A stretch of 64,000 nucleotides of DNA from an uncultured Acidobacteriota bacterium (GCA_963702425.1 CAVPCQ010000006.1:160001-224000), one strand, 5' to 3'; numbered from the stretch's first letter, positions 1-10,370 are shown. Notes: generated by a model from the letters alone, not told the origin. Numbers and translations: made by a program.

Positions 1-2
1 AG

Positions 3-254
3 GTCGAGACGTTGGAGGAACTCGACGAGGCGCTGGCCGGCGGCGCGGGCTGGATTCTGCTCGACAACATGCCGCTCGGCGCGATCCGCGAGGCGACGCG
101 GCGGAGCGCCGGACGGGCCCGCCTCGAGGTCTCCGGCGGCCTGCGCCCCGGCCGGCTTCGCGCGCTCGCCGAGGCCGGCGTCGATCGCCTCTCGCTCGGG
201 GCGCTGACTCACGGCGCACGCTCGATGGACGTCGCGCTCGACCTCCGGACGTGA
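3..254 (+). CDS. nadC: Nicotinate-nucleotide pyrophosphorylase, C-terminal part (5' truncated by window)
   Basis: ILLDNM, LEVSGG and SLGALTH motifs; sits in nadC-birA-coaX order. Confidence 0.9.
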   Translation, partial: VETLEELDEALAGGAGWILLDNMPLGAIREATRRSAGRARLEVSGGLRPGRLRALAEAGVDRLSLGALTHGARSMDVALDLRT

Positions 255-1063
255 GCAGGGCGGAGGACCTCGAGCGGTCGATCGCCGGCGCGCTCGCGCC
301 GGGCGGGATGGGCGGCCCGCTGGTCGTATTGGAAACCTGCCCGAGCACGATGGACGAGGCCCGGGAGCGGGTCGCGGCGGGCGCCGGGCCGGGCCTGGTC
401 GTCATCGCGCTCGAGCAGACGGCCGGGCGCGGGCGCCACGGCCGGATCTTCGTCTCCCCACGCGGCGGCCTTTACCTGACCGCCGCCGTCCGGCCCCCGG
501 CGGATCCCGCCCTCGCCTGGCGCCTGGGGTTCGCTGCGGCCCTCGCCGCGCGCGACGCGGTCGCGGCCGCGGGCGCCCCTCCACCCGGATTCGAGTGGCC
601 CAACGACCTCGTCCTCGGGGGACGGAAAGTCGGCGGCGTTCTGGCCGAGTTGCTCGGCCGCGGCGGCCCCTCGGGGAGACCGATCGTGCTGCTCGGGATC
701 GGCCTGAACCTCGGTCCCGACCCGCGCTTGTTCGACCCCGGGCGGGCCGGACCGGCCGGCCCGATCCCATTCCCGGAACCGGACCGCGCGCTTCCCGCCG
801 TGGCGGTCGCCCTGCTCGAGGCTTTGCCCAGGTGGGCGGCGGCCGTCGGCGACGAAGCGGGCTGGACGGATGCGCTAGAATCAGTGCGTGCCGCGTCGGC
901 GGCGTCGCGCGGGGCGCCGGTTCGTGTCCAGGAGCCGGACGGTCGCGTGGTCGAAGGGGTGGGAGAGGGGATCCGGGACGACGGGGCGCTGTTGGTCCGC
1001 ATCGCGCAGCGCGCGGGCGGAGGGATCGTGGCGGTCCGGTACGGAGAGCGCCTGTGGGGGTGA
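251..1063 (+). CDS. birA: Biotin--[acetyl-CoA-carboxylase] ligase
   Basis: STMD, QTAGRGR, WPND and RKVGGVL motifs. Confidence 0.9.
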   Translation: MSRAEDLERSIAGALAPGGMGGPLVVLETCPSTMDEARERVAAGAGPGLVVIALEQTAGRGRHGRIFVSPRGGLYLTAAVRPPADPALAWRLGFAAALAARDAVAAAGAPPPGFEWPNDLVLGGRKVGGVLAELLGRGGPSGRPIVLLGIGLNLGPDPRLFDPGRAGPAGPIPFPEPDRALPAVAVALLEALPRWAAAVGDEAGWTDALESVRAASAASRGAPVRVQEPDGRVVEGVGEGIRDDGALLVRIAQRAGGGIVAVRYGERLWG

Positions 1064-1067
1064 AGGC

Positions 1068-1829
1068 GTGCTGCTCGCGGTCGACATCGGGAACACCAAC
1101 ATCGCGATCGGCTGCTTCGAGGGGGAGCGGCTGGCCCACTCCTGGCGGCTCTCCTCGCGCCGCGACCTGACCACGGACGAGGCCACCCTGACGCTGCGCG
1201 GGCTGCTCGGCGCAGCCCCGGTGCGCGTCCGTTCGGGCATCGTCGCCTCGGTCGTTCCGCCGCTGACCGGAGTGCTGCTCGAGGCGCTGCGCGGGCTCGG
1301 AGTCTCGGACCCGCTCGAGGTCGCTCCGGGGATCCGCACCGGGATCCGGATCCGCTTCGACAATCCGCAGGAAGTCGGCGCCGACCGGATCGTCAACGCG
1401 GTCGCGGCCCACGCGCGCTACGGCGGCCCGGCCGTGATCGTCGATCTCGGCACCGCCACCACGCTGGACGTGATCACCGCCGACGGCGAGTACATCGGCG
1501 GCGTGATCTGCCCCGGCCCCCTGCTGGGCGCGGAGGCGCTCGCCGCGCGCACCGCGCGCCTGCCGCGCGTCGACCTCGTGCTGCCGCCGCGGGTGATCGG
1601 CCGCAACACCGTCGACTCGATCCGCTCCGGCCTCGTGTTCGGCCACGCGGCGATGATCGAGGGGCTGGTCCGGCGGATCGAGGAGGAACTCGAGACCTCC
1701 GTGAAGTTGATCGCCACCGGCGGGCTCGGGCACGCGCTACACTCCGTGCTGCCGCGGATCGACAGCTTCGACCCGGATCTCACGTTGGATGGCCTGCGGT
1801 TGCTCTGGGAACGCAACGCACCCCGATGA
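1068..1829 (+). CDS. coaX: Type III pantothenate kinase
   Basis: AVDIGNTN, VGADR and DLGTATT motifs; GTG start at 1068 within ORF 888..1829. Confidence 0.92.
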   Translation: MLLAVDIGNTNIAIGCFEGERLAHSWRLSSRRDLTTDEATLTLRGLLGAAPVRVRSGIVASVVPPLTGVLLEALRGLGVSDPLEVAPGIRTGIRIRFDNPQEVGADRIVNAVAAHARYGGPAVIVDLGTATTLDVITADGEYIGGVICPGPLLGAEALAARTARLPRVDLVLPPRVIGRNTVDSIRSGLVFGHAAMIEGLVRRIEEELETSVKLIATGGLGHALHSVLPRIDSFDPDLTLDGLRLLWERNAPR

Positions 1830-2284
1830 AGATCCTCTTCGTCTGCACGGCGAATGTCTGCCGCTCCCCCGTGGCCGAGCACTACCTGCGCCGACTCGTC
1901 GAGCGCCTGGGGCCGAGCGTGGTGGAAATCGCCTCCACCGGGACGCACGCGGTGAGCGGACTGCCGTCGGACGGGATCGCCGCGCGGCTCGCGGCCGACC
2001 GGGGTTGCGATCTTGCGCAGCACCGCAGCCAGCCGATGCTGCCGCAGGACGTCGCGGTCGCCGACCGGATCGTCGTGATGGAGCGCCGCCACCGGCAGTT
2101 CTTCGCCGAGTACTACCCCGACGCGTTACCCAAGGTCCAGCTGCTGCTCGCCGGGCCGGACGGAACGGGAGGGCGCGATCTCGCCGACCCGACCGGTGGC
2201 ACGATGGCGGACTACAGGCGCTGCTTCGACCAGCTGTTCGACGCGATCGAGCGCATGGCGCTCTCGTTCCGGTTCCCGCGGTGA
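1826..2284 (+). CDS. Low-molecular-weight protein tyrosine/arginine phosphatase
   Basis: CTANVCRS P-loop and DLADP. Confidence 0.88.
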   Translation: MKILFVCTANVCRSPVAEHYLRRLVERLGPSVVEIASTGTHAVSGLPSDGIAARLAADRGCDLAQHRSQPMLPQDVAVADRIVVMERRHRQFFAEYYPDALPKVQLLLAGPDGTGGRDLADPTGGTMADYRRCFDQLFDAIERMALSFRFPR

Positions 2285-3003
2285 TCGACGAGGAGGGCGA
2301 TCCGCCGCAAGTGCTCCCGCCCGGCACCGCCGAGGAGATCGAATACGTCCGCGCGGTGGAGGAGCGGTTCCGGGCGCTGCGCGAGCGACCGCTGATCCTC
2401 TCCCCTGAGGATCTGGCGCGGGTGGTGGCGTGGCATCGCCGCGGCCTGCCGCTGTTCCTCGTGATCGACACGCTGGAAGAGGTCTTTCGCGAGGCGGCCG
2501 CGAGGCGGCCGCCGCGACGGCCCCGCTCCCTCGCCTACTGCGAGCCGGCGATCGAGGAGGCGGAGCAGGCGTGGCGCGAAGCGGTCGTGGGTCGGCACAC
2601 CGACTCGGCAGCGGCCATCGACGCCGCGACGCTCGCGATGCGCGCGGGGTCCGCGCTGGCTACCTCCGCCGCGCCGGCCGGGCTCGTCGCGCAAGTCCTG
2701 GCGCAACTCGCGAGGAGCGGAGAGGGTGGTCTCCCGGCCGTGCGCGTCGCGGCCCTGCAGCGGGAGCTCGTCGACGGCTGCGCGGCAACGCTCGCAGCGA
2801 CGGAGCGTCAGGAACTCGAGGCCGAGGTCGAGCGGCTCGTCTCCCCCTACGCGGGTGGGATGCCCCCCGAGGTCCGGGAGCGCACCCGGGTCGCGCTGCG
2901 CGACCGCCTCCTGCGGCGGCGTTTCCGCCTGCCGGACCTGACCCTGCTGGCGCTGGTCGAGGCACCGTTCCCGGGCCCGGGAGACTCCCCTTCGGTGGAC
3001 TGA
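2281..3003 (+). CDS. Hypothetical protein, possibly DnaD-like helical domain
   Basis: GTG overlaps upstream stop; LSPEDL..W...GLP and SLAYC pattern. Confidence 0.6.
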   Translation: MIDEEGDPPQVLPPGTAEEIEYVRAVEERFRALRERPLILSPEDLARVVAWHRRGLPLFLVIDTLEEVFREAAARRPPRRPRSLAYCEPAIEEAEQAWREAVVGRHTDSAAAIDAATLAMRAGSALATSAAPAGLVAQVLAQLARSGEGGLPAVRVAALQRELVDGCAATLAATERQELEAEVERLVSPYAGGMPPEVRERTRVALRDRLLRRRFRLPDLTLLALVEAPFPGPGDSPSVD

Positions 3004-3036
3004 GCGGGCCGTCCCCTCCGGCCTCAGGCTGACCGG

Positions 3037-5283
3037 ATGGGACAAGCGACGGGTCTGCTCCTCCTGGCTGCCGCGGCGCTCTGGTCGGGAACGGCGTGCG
3101 GTCCCGCTGCGCCGGCGGCCGCGGCAGGGCCGCTGGCGCTCGCCGCCGGCCTGGCCGCCTGGTGCGCCGCGCGGCGGCGCGAGGGTGGCGCGATCGCGTG
3201 GGCACTGGCCGGGTTCGCGCTCGCGGGCGCAGCGCTCGGCGCCCTCGATGCCGGGGAACGGACCGTGTCCGAGACTGCCGGTCCCGCGCGCGGACGGTGG
3301 ATCGACGCGCGGCCGGTGCGCGGGGGGACCCTGGTCGTGCTCGACGGCCGGGGCCCGGAACGCGTGTTCGTTCCGCGCACGGGCCAGGACTGGCTCGACC
3401 GCCTTCCCGACGGTGCCGCACCCGGGGCGACGATCGAGATCCCGCTGCGCCGCGCGGAGGGAACGGGCACGCCGCGCGCACTCTCTGCGTCGTCGATCGT
3501 CGTCCGCACGCCGGCGCGCGGTCTCGCACGGCTCACCGCCCTCGCCGCGGCGGCCCGCGCCGGCTTCCTGCGTCGCGCGACCGAGCGCCTGGTCAGGGCC
3601 GCGGACGAGGAGCAGGGCGACCCGGCCGGAGCGCTCCTGCTGGCAATGGTCGCCGGCGAGCGCGATGCGCTCGCGGCGGGAGACTGGCGTGCGCTCCGTG
3701 CCTCGGGCCTGGCCCACCAGGCCGTCGTCTCCGGCGTCCAGGTCGGGCTGATGGTCCTGGCCGCGGCGTGGGCCCTGGCTCCGCTCGGCGGCCCCCACGG
3801 CGTCGGCCGGCGCGTCGTCGCGCTGGCCGCGGCGGCGGCGGCCCTGCTGCTGCTCCCGGCCGAGCCGCCGGTCCGGCGAGCCGGCGTCGCGGTGCTGGTC
3901 GCGCGCGCGGGGCGGCTCGCGGGCCGGGGCTCCTCGCCGGCGTCGGCGCTCGCCGGAGCGGCCGCGGTGCTTCTGGCGCTCGATCCGTCGCTCGCGCGCT
4001 CGCTCTCCTTCGCGCTGACCGTGGCCGCCACGGCGGCGATCGTGTGCGGGGCGCGCGGCACGGGCTGGGGTCCGCGGGTGAGGCTCTTCTTCGGCCCGAT
4101 CCTCGCGACCTGGCCGATCCTGGTCGCGATGACCGGCTGTGCCGGCGTCTGGTCTCCCGTGGCCAACCTGCTCGCCGGTCCGGCCGCCGCACCGGCGCTG
4201 CTCTTCGGCTGGCTCGCGGTCCTGCTCCCCGCCGGATCGACGCCGGCAGCGGCGGCCGAGGCGATCGCACGCCTGGGTGCCGAGTGGTTCCTGGTCGTCG
4301 CGCGGGCGGTCTCGGCATGGCCCGGCTCAGGGCAGATCGCCGCCCCCGCCGGCTTGGCGTGGCTCGTGCTCCACGAGGTGCTCTCGTTCGCCTGGCTCGC
4401 CGCCCGGGGACGCGCTGCGATCGCCCTCGGGCTGCTCGCCCTGGCCTCCTTCGGGTGGCCGCTGCGCCCGGCGGCCGCGCCCCCGCCCGGCGCGTCGCTC
4501 GAGGTGCTCAACGTCGGCCAGGGCCAGGCGGTGCTCGTGCGCTCGGGACCGCACGCGCTGCTGATCGACTCGGCCGACGACCGCGCTCGCGACGGGACCC
4601 GGGCCCTGGTCCACGCGCTGCGCGAGCGCGGCGTGTCGCGGCTCGATGCGCTCGTGCTGACGCAGAACGACCGCGACCACGCGGGGGGAGCGCTCGAGCT
4701 GCTGGCGGCGGCACCGCCCGAGCGCCTGCTTGTCGGTGAGAACCTGCTCGACGATCCGGAACTGCGGCCGCTCTACGCGGCGGCGGCGGGTCGCGCGGTT
4801 CCGGTCGTCCCGCTCGCCACCGGGGCGCGCTTCGAGCTCGGCCAGGTCGAGCTCGCGGTGCTCCATCCGCCGCCCGGCGTCTTCGTCCGCGACAACGAGC
4901 ACTCGCTCGTGGTGCGCCTCGCCGGCGAAGGGCTCGACGCGCTGGTGACCGGCGACGCGGGGCTGGCGGCCGAGCGCGTGATGCTCGCAAGCGGCCTGGT
5001 CCGACGCGCGCCGGTGCTCGTGGCGGGTCACCACGGCTCGAAGGGCTCGACCGGCGACGCGCTGCTCGAGGCGCTCGCCGCCCGGGTCGCGCTGATCTCC
5101 GCCGGCAGGGACAACAGCTTCGGTCACCCACACCGGGAGACGCTCGCCCGCCTGGCCGCGCGCCGCGTGCCGTGGCTGGTCACGGCCCGCGACGGCAGCC
5201 TCGCCGTGCGCGCCTGGGCCGGCACGACGACGGTCCGGGGCGCGAACGAAGCGCCAGGCGCGGAGCTCAGGGTACGAAAGTGA
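3037..5283 (+). CDS. comEC: ComEC/Rec2 competence protein (membrane domain + metallo-beta-lactamase)
   Basis: SGLAHQAVVSG, LNVGQG, DRDHAGG, TGD, HHGS and NSFGHPH motifs. Confidence 0.85.
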   Translation: MGQATGLLLLAAAALWSGTACGPAAPAAAAGPLALAAGLAAWCAARRREGGAIAWALAGFALAGAALGALDAGERTVSETAGPARGRWIDARPVRGGTLVVLDGRGPERVFVPRTGQDWLDRLPDGAAPGATIEIPLRRAEGTGTPRALSASSIVVRTPARGLARLTALAAAARAGFLRRATERLVRAADEEQGDPAGALLLAMVAGERDALAAGDWRALRASGLAHQAVVSGVQVGLMVLAAAWALAPLGGPHGVGRRVVALAAAAAALLLLPAEPPVRRAGVAVLVARAGRLAGRGSSPASALAGAAAVLLALDPSLARSLSFALTVAATAAIVCGARGTGWGPRVRLFFGPILATWPILVAMTGCAGVWSPVANLLAGPAAAPALLFGWLAVLLPAGSTPAAAAEAIARLGAEWFLVVARAVSAWPGSGQIAAPAGLAWLVLHEVLSFAWLAARGRAAIALGLLALASFGWPLRPAAAPPPGASLEVLNVGQGQAVLVRSGPHALLIDSADDRARDGTRALVHALRERGVSRLDALVLTQNDRDHAGGALELLAAAPPERLLVGENLLDDPELRPLYAAAAGRAVPVVPLATGARFELGQVELAVLHPPPGVFVRDNEHSLVVRLAGEGLDALVTGDAGLAAERVMLASGLVRRAPVLVAGHHGSKGSTGDALLEALAARVALISAGRDNSFGHPHRETLARLAARRVPWLVTARDGSLAVRAWAGTTTVRGANEAPGAELRVRK

Positions 5284-6259
5284 GCGGGACCGGCATGAAG
5301 CTCAGCACGAGGATCAGCAGCGCGACGAGCGCCAGCAGCGAACGGCCCGGCCCGAGTTCGCTCTCCCACGCGCCGGGCGGCGGGTGCCGGCGCCCGAACA
5401 GCAGGATCAGCGCCGACCAGGTCGCCCAGAGGATCACGGTCGTCCACTCGCCGTAGAGCAGGACCCGTGTTGCGGCGATCGACAGGAGGAACGCCGGAAC
5501 GAAGTAGGCTGCGCGCGCGTGAACCCGCGGCGATGCGGCGTAGAGGATGTGGCCACCGTCGAGCTGACCAGCGGGCAGCAGGTTGAGCGCCGTTGCAAAG
5601 AGCCCGACCCAGCCGGCGAGGTAGGTCGGGTTCAGGATCAGCACCGCGTCCCGGGCGTCGGGCCTGAGCATCCAGGCGAGGAGCCAGGTGAGCAGGGAAT
5701 CGCCGAAAAGGAGCGCACCGCGGGGGATCGGGGCCGCCGGCTCGGCGGGCGCCTGAAGGACACCGGCGATCACCAGCGGAACCGCCACCACGAACCCGGC
5801 CAGCGGTCCTGCGATCCCGATGTCGAACAGCGCACGGCGCGACGGGATCCGTCCCCGGATCCGGATCACGGCGCCGAAGGTCCCGATCAGCGAGATCGGG
5901 GACGGGGCCGGGATGAAGTAGGGGAGCGTGCAGTCGACGCCGTAGTGCCGGCAGGCCAGGTAGTGGCCCATCTCGTGGGCCATGAAGAACCCGAGCAGCG
6001 CGACGACGTACGGCAGGCCGCTGAGCACGAGCGGGAGGAGGATGTCAACCAGTCCCGTGCGACCGCGCATCCACTGGTCGATCAATTCCTGGCCGCGGAA
6101 CGACGTCTCCGCCCCGACTTCGAGGGTGGTCAGCACGGTCAGCCCGAACATCACGATCGCCAGCCACGGCAGGCGAGTTCGCGGGGCCGGTGCCGGCGAG
6201 GAGGTGGGAACCTCAGGCGGGACGGGACGGAACTGGGGGGGGGCGTACGGTCCGCTCAC
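5267..6259 (-). CDS. Site-2 protease (M50 family)
   Basis: HEMGH, IAGPLAG and NLLPAGQLDGGH; GTG start at 6259. Confidence 0.9.
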   Translation of the reverse strand: MSGPYAPPQFRPVPPEVPTSSPAPAPRTRLPWLAIVMFGLTVLTTLEVGAETSFRGQELIDQWMRGRTGLVDILLPLVLSGLPYVVALLGFFMAHEMGHYLACRHYGVDCTLPYFIPAPSPISLIGTFGAVIRIRGRIPSRRALFDIGIAGPLAGFVVAVPLVIAGVLQAPAEPAAPIPRGALLFGDSLLTWLLAWMLRPDARDAVLILNPTYLAGWVGLFATALNLLPAGQLDGGHILYAASPRVHARAAYFVPAFLLSIAATRVLLYGEWTTVILWATWSALILLFGRRHPPPGAWESELGPGRSLLALVALLILVLSFMPVPLTFVP

Positions 6260-6266
6260 CAGTCCC

Positions 6267-6605
6267 TCACGGACCGATGTCGCGCAACTCTTTGCCCGGC
6301 TTGAATCGCACGGTGCGACCCGGCGGGATCTTGACCTCGCGCCCGGTCCGGGGGTTACGACCGACACCGCGTTTCCGGGGCTTGACCTGGAAGACCCCGA
6401 AGCCGCGGAACTCGATCCGTTCGCCGCGAGCCATCGCGTCCTTGAGCGACGCGAAGAGGGACTCGACCGCCTCGACCACGAGCCCATGTGAGACGCGACG
6501 TGCCCCCTCGGCAGGTTCCTCGCCAAGGGGAAGCTCGTGCCGGCCTTCGCGCTGGTGCTCCAGCAGGGCCTGATGGACGCGATGGATGAGGTCCGCCTTG
6601 ACCAT
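6267..6605 (-). CDS. HU/IHF-family DNA-binding protein with N-terminal-region insertion
   Basis: KADLI, IEFRGFGVF, GRNPRTG and FKPGKEL motifs. Confidence 0.9.
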   Translation of the reverse strand: MVKADLIHRVHQALLEHQREGRHELPLGEEPAEGARRVSHGLVVEAVESLFASLKDAMARGERIEFRGFGVFQVKPRKRGVGRNPRTGREVKIPPGRTVRFKPGKELRDIGP

Positions 6606-6773
6606 CGAGGGCATCTCCGCCGCCGGATCGGTCGCCGGGGCCGGGGAAGTCTAGGGGGAACGCTCCTCGTGGTCAAGGTAAAGTCTGGAAACAGAGGGGC
6701 TTGCGCGACCGGGCCTCGTGGCGCGGAGGCCCCCGGGGGATTAGGCTCCCCCGGCCTCACTTGGAGAACCCCG

Positions 6774-8156
6774 ATGTCCGACCGCGAAAGCCCCGGCCGC
6801 CCCCGCGCCCTGCCGCGCGTCGCGATCGTCGGTCGCCCGAACGTCGGGAAGTCGAGCCTGTTCAACCGCCTGCTGCGTCGGCGCGAGGCGATCGTGCTCG
6901 ACCGACCGGGCGTGACACGGGATCGGCTGGAGCGTGACGGGCGGCTGGCCACGCGCCGCGTCGTGTTCTTGGACACGGGCGGAATCGTGCCCGGGTCCGA
7001 GGACGACCTCTACAAACAGGTCTCGCGGCAGGCTGTGGCCGCGCTCGACGGAGCGGACGTGATCGCGCTGGTCGTCGACGCCCGGGCCGGTGTGACCCCG
7101 CTCGATGAACAGGTCGCCGAGGTCCTGCGCCGCGCGACGGTGCCGGTGGTCCTGCTCGCGAACAAGGTGGACAGCGAGCCGCAGGAGGCACTGGTCCACG
7201 ACGCCTGGCGCCTGGGGTTGGGCGAGCCGATCCCGGTCTCCGCCGAAACGGGCCGCGGGATCGAGGAGTTCGCGGAACTGGTCGAAGCGCTGCTGCCGCC
7301 GCTCGCAGAAGGAGAGACGGTGGCCCCGGAGGCCGATGACGAGAGACTTCCCGATCCGAGGGAGGAACTCTGCGTCTCGGTCGTGGGGCGGCCGAACGTC
7401 GGCAAGTCCTCGCTCGTCAACCGGCTCGCGGGCGAGGAGCGGGTCACCGTCAGCCCCGTTCCGGGGACGACGCGGGACGCGGTCGACGTGATCCTCCGGC
7501 GCGATGGCCATCGGATCCGGCTGGTCGATACCGCCGGGATCCGGCGCCGCGCCAAGGTCGATTCGCGGGACGAATCGGTCGGCATCCTGATGACGCGGCG
7601 GCGCCTGGCGCGCAGTCACGTCGCGGTTTTCGTCGTCGACGCGATCCAGGGGATCACGAGCGGCGACGTTGCGATCGCGGGAGAAATCCTCGAGACGGGC
7701 CGCCCGATGGTGCTGGCGCTGAACAAGTGGGACCTCGTCACGGACCCGGAAACCCGGGTGGGCGAGCTGGACGCGGAGCTGGAGCGGCGGCTGGCCTTCG
7801 CCCCGAAGATCCCCCGGGTGACGGTGTCGGCCACCTCCGGGCAACGCGCCTTCAAACTCCTCGACCTGGCCCGCGAGCAGGCCCTGGCGGCGACCCGGAG
7901 GATCCCCACCTCCGAGCTGAATCGTTTCCTCGAGCGCTCGCTTGCCGAGCTACTGGCCGGGGGCGGCTCCACGACGAAGATGCTCTACATCACCCAGACC
8001 GGGACTTTGCCGCCGCGTTTCGCGATCTTCTGCCGCGACCCGGAGGGGGTCGACCCCTCCGTCCGACGCTACCTCGAGAGCCGGATCCGCGAGGAGTTCG
8101 ACCTCGGCCCGATCCCGGTCGTGGTCGACCTCAGACTCTCGCCGCGCCGGCGCTGA
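6774..8156 (+). CDS. der: Ribosome biogenesis GTPase Der (EngA)
   Basis: Two GRPNVGKSS domains, DTGG/DTAG, NKVD/NKWD and a C-terminal KH-like domain. Confidence 0.95.
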   Translation: MSDRESPGRPRALPRVAIVGRPNVGKSSLFNRLLRRREAIVLDRPGVTRDRLERDGRLATRRVVFLDTGGIVPGSEDDLYKQVSRQAVAALDGADVIALVVDARAGVTPLDEQVAEVLRRATVPVVLLANKVDSEPQEALVHDAWRLGLGEPIPVSAETGRGIEEFAELVEALLPPLAEGETVAPEADDERLPDPREELCVSVVGRPNVGKSSLVNRLAGEERVTVSPVPGTTRDAVDVILRRDGHRIRLVDTAGIRRRAKVDSRDESVGILMTRRRLARSHVAVFVVDAIQGITSGDVAIAGEILETGRPMVLALNKWDLVTDPETRVGELDAELERRLAFAPKIPRVTVSATSGQRAFKLLDLAREQALAATRRIPTSELNRFLERSLAELLAGGGSTTKMLYITQTGTLPPRFAIFCRDPEGVDPSVRRYLESRIREEFDLGPIPVVVDLRLSPRRR

Positions 8157-8234
8157 GGGTCCCCGGGACGGTCCGGAGGGGGTCCGGAAGGGCCGGGCCG
8201 GTCCCCGGGCCTTTCGATGCTGGTCGACCCCGTT

Positions 8235-8264
8235 TTGACACCGCCGCTCCGACAGCCCTATGTT
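8235..8264 (+). promoter_or_regulatory. Putative sigma70 promoter for the MglA-like gene
   Basis: TTGACA-N18-TATGTT. Confidence 0.5.
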
Positions 8265-8334
8265 TGCCCCGCCGGCGGGAAGGCCCCCTCGACGGGAGCC
8301 GACCTGCGCGAGCCACTCCCGTGGAGCACCGGAC

Positions 8335-9789
8335 ATGGTGGTCTTCAACTATTCGACTCGCGAGCTGACGACGAAGGTCGTGTTCTACGGTCCCGGCCTG
8401 TGCGGGAAAACGACCAACCTGCAGTTCATCTACGACCACATGCCGCAGGGCGTGCGCGGCAAGATGCTGTCGCTCGCCACGAAGAGCGACCGCACGCTGT
8501 TCTTCGATTTCCTGCCGATCGACCTCGGGCAGATCCAGGGGATGAAGACCAAGGTCCAGCTCTACACGGTCCCGGGCCAGGTCTTCTACAACGAGACGCG
8601 GCGGCTCGTGCTCAAGGGAGCGGACGGCGTCGTCTTCGTCGCCGACACCCAGGAGAACATGGTCGAAGCGAACATGGATTCGTTCCGCAACCTCGAGGAG
8701 AACCTCGCGGCGCACGGGATGTCGCTCGAGGACACGCCGCACGTCATTCAATACAACAAGCGCGACCTGCCGAACGCGATGCCGATCGAGCCGATCAACG
8801 ATCGGCTCAACAAGTACAACGCGCCGTTCTACGAGGCGATCGCCACCACCGGCGTCGGGGTCCAGGAGACACTGCGTCACATCACGAAGCTGGTCCTGCT
8901 CAAGCTGAACGAGCGCTACGGCGCGGAGCGACCCGGCGCCGCCCGGCGCGAGCCGGCGAAGCCGCCCGCCGCCGCGGAGTTCGTGCCGGCCCCCGCGGCC
9001 GAGGTGTTCGCGCCTCCGGCGCCGCCGCTTGCGCCGACGATCGAGTCGCCCGTGGCTGCGGTCGCGGCCGGGGCGCCGTTGTTCGACGAACCGGTCGAGC
9101 GCTTCGAGGCGCCGGTGGCCGCCGAGCCGGCCGAGTCGTTCGCGATGCCGAGCGGGCAGGTCTTCGTCGCACCGGCGTTCGCCGGGCGACCGGCGATGCC
9201 GGTCCCTCCGGCTCCCGTTGCCGCACCGGCAAGACCGCCCATCGAAGCCTTCGCTTCGGCGGCGTCCCCGATGAGCGAGGCTCCTTCCGAGTTCGACTTC
9301 TCGATCCCCTCGGAGCGGGTCCGGACCGAGATGCCGACGCTCGCCACGCCGCAGGCCGTGATGCGCGCAACCGTTGAGACCACGGCGGCTCCCGCGCCCG
9401 CCGCTTCCCCGGCGCTCGAGTCCGAGCCGTTCAGCCTGCCCGCCCGTCCGGAGCGTCCCGGTACGGCAGCCGTGCTCGAGGAAGAGGACGTGCTCGGGCT
9501 CGCGCCGCCCGCCGCCGCGCCCACGTCGACCGTGAAGATCGACCGCGCCGTGCTGGATGCCGCCGTTCCGGCGGGAGCAGCGTCGAGGATGCCGGCCAGC
9601 CCGACGGCGCTCGCCTCCGCCCGGATGATCGAGGTCGGCGCCGCCGACGCGCTGTTCGCCGACGACTCGGTCGAGCTGACGCGGCTCGCGGTCGGCGATC
9701 CGCAGGAGATCCTGGTGCCGCTCGAGTTCGCCACGGCGACCGGGACGCGGCGCTACCGACTCGTCATCCGGCTGGAACTCGCCCCGTGA
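8335..9789 (+). CDS. MglA-family small GTPase with long Pro/Ala-rich C-terminal extension
   Basis: YGPGLCGKTTN, DRTLFFDF, TVPGQ and NKRD MglA motifs, followed by about 280 aa of mostly low-complexity tail. Confidence 0.88.
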   Translation: MVVFNYSTRELTTKVVFYGPGLCGKTTNLQFIYDHMPQGVRGKMLSLATKSDRTLFFDFLPIDLGQIQGMKTKVQLYTVPGQVFYNETRRLVLKGADGVVFVADTQENMVEANMDSFRNLEENLAAHGMSLEDTPHVIQYNKRDLPNAMPIEPINDRLNKYNAPFYEAIATTGVGVQETLRHITKLVLLKLNERYGAERPGAARREPAKPPAAAEFVPAPAAEVFAPPAPPLAPTIESPVAAVAAGAPLFDEPVERFEAPVAAEPAESFAMPSGQVFVAPAFAGRPAMPVPPAPVAAPARPPIEAFASAASPMSEAPSEFDFSIPSERVRTEMPTLATPQAVMRATVETTAAPAPAASPALESEPFSLPARPERPGTAAVLEEEDVLGLAPPAAAPTSTVKIDRAVLDAAVPAGAASRMPASPTALASARMIEVGAADALFADDSVELTRLAVGDPQEILVPLEFATATGTRRYRLVIRLELAP

Positions 9790-10370
9790 GCGCGGGGTTC
9801 GCGCGCGGCTCGCGGCGGCGCTTCGTCTCGGTTCCGGCCGGGACCTACCCCGCACCCGCGCCGCCCTCCGCTGCACCGCGCCTCGAGGACGACCTCTTCG
9901 CCAGCCCGGCGAAGCGGGCATCGTTCGGCGACCCGCTATTCGACGACGAGGGCGGGATTTCCTTCTCGCCCGCCGTGGCGTCCGCCGTCGCGGTCCGCGG
10001 GGCCCCCCCGGCGGCTCCCCTGGAAGCCGAGCCGTACGAGGACTTCGCGTCGAGCGCCTTCTCCACGACCGAGCCGGATTCTCCCGCGGAGCCGGCGCCG
10101 CGCCGTGCTTGGGCCGCGGGGCCGACAGCGCGGGGAACACTCGGTATCCTCGTGGGGGCCGCGATCGGGGCGATCGTCGGACTGATCCTCAGTACGGCGA
10201 TGCTGGCGCTGTACGCTCCTTCCGACTTCGCCCAGGCGATCATGGACCCGGTGGCGCTGTGGACCGAAATCGACGACTGGAAGGTCTTGGCGGGCGCGCT
10301 CTTGATCGCCATCGGTTTCGCCGTGCTCGGAGCCGGGCAGGGAGCCCAGCAGCGCGCGGCGCGCGCCTGA
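9786..10370 (+). CDS. Hypothetical membrane protein (2 TM, disordered N-terminus)
   Basis: GTGA coupling to upstream gene; two hydrophobic segments. Confidence 0.65.
   Translation: MSAGFARGSRRRFVSVPAGTYPAPAPPSAAPRLEDDLFASPAKRASFGDPLFDDEGGISFSPAVASAVAVRGAPPAAPLEAEPYEDFASSAFSTTEPDSPAEPAPRRAWAAGPTARGTLGILVGAAIGAIVGLILSTAMLALYAPSDFAQAIMDPVALWTEIDDWKVLAGALLIAIGFAVLGAGQGAQQRAARA

Noticed and set aside
6725-6758. GC hairpin upstream of der as an ncRNA or riboswitch
   Set aside because: Short GC-rich stem with no recognisable family features.
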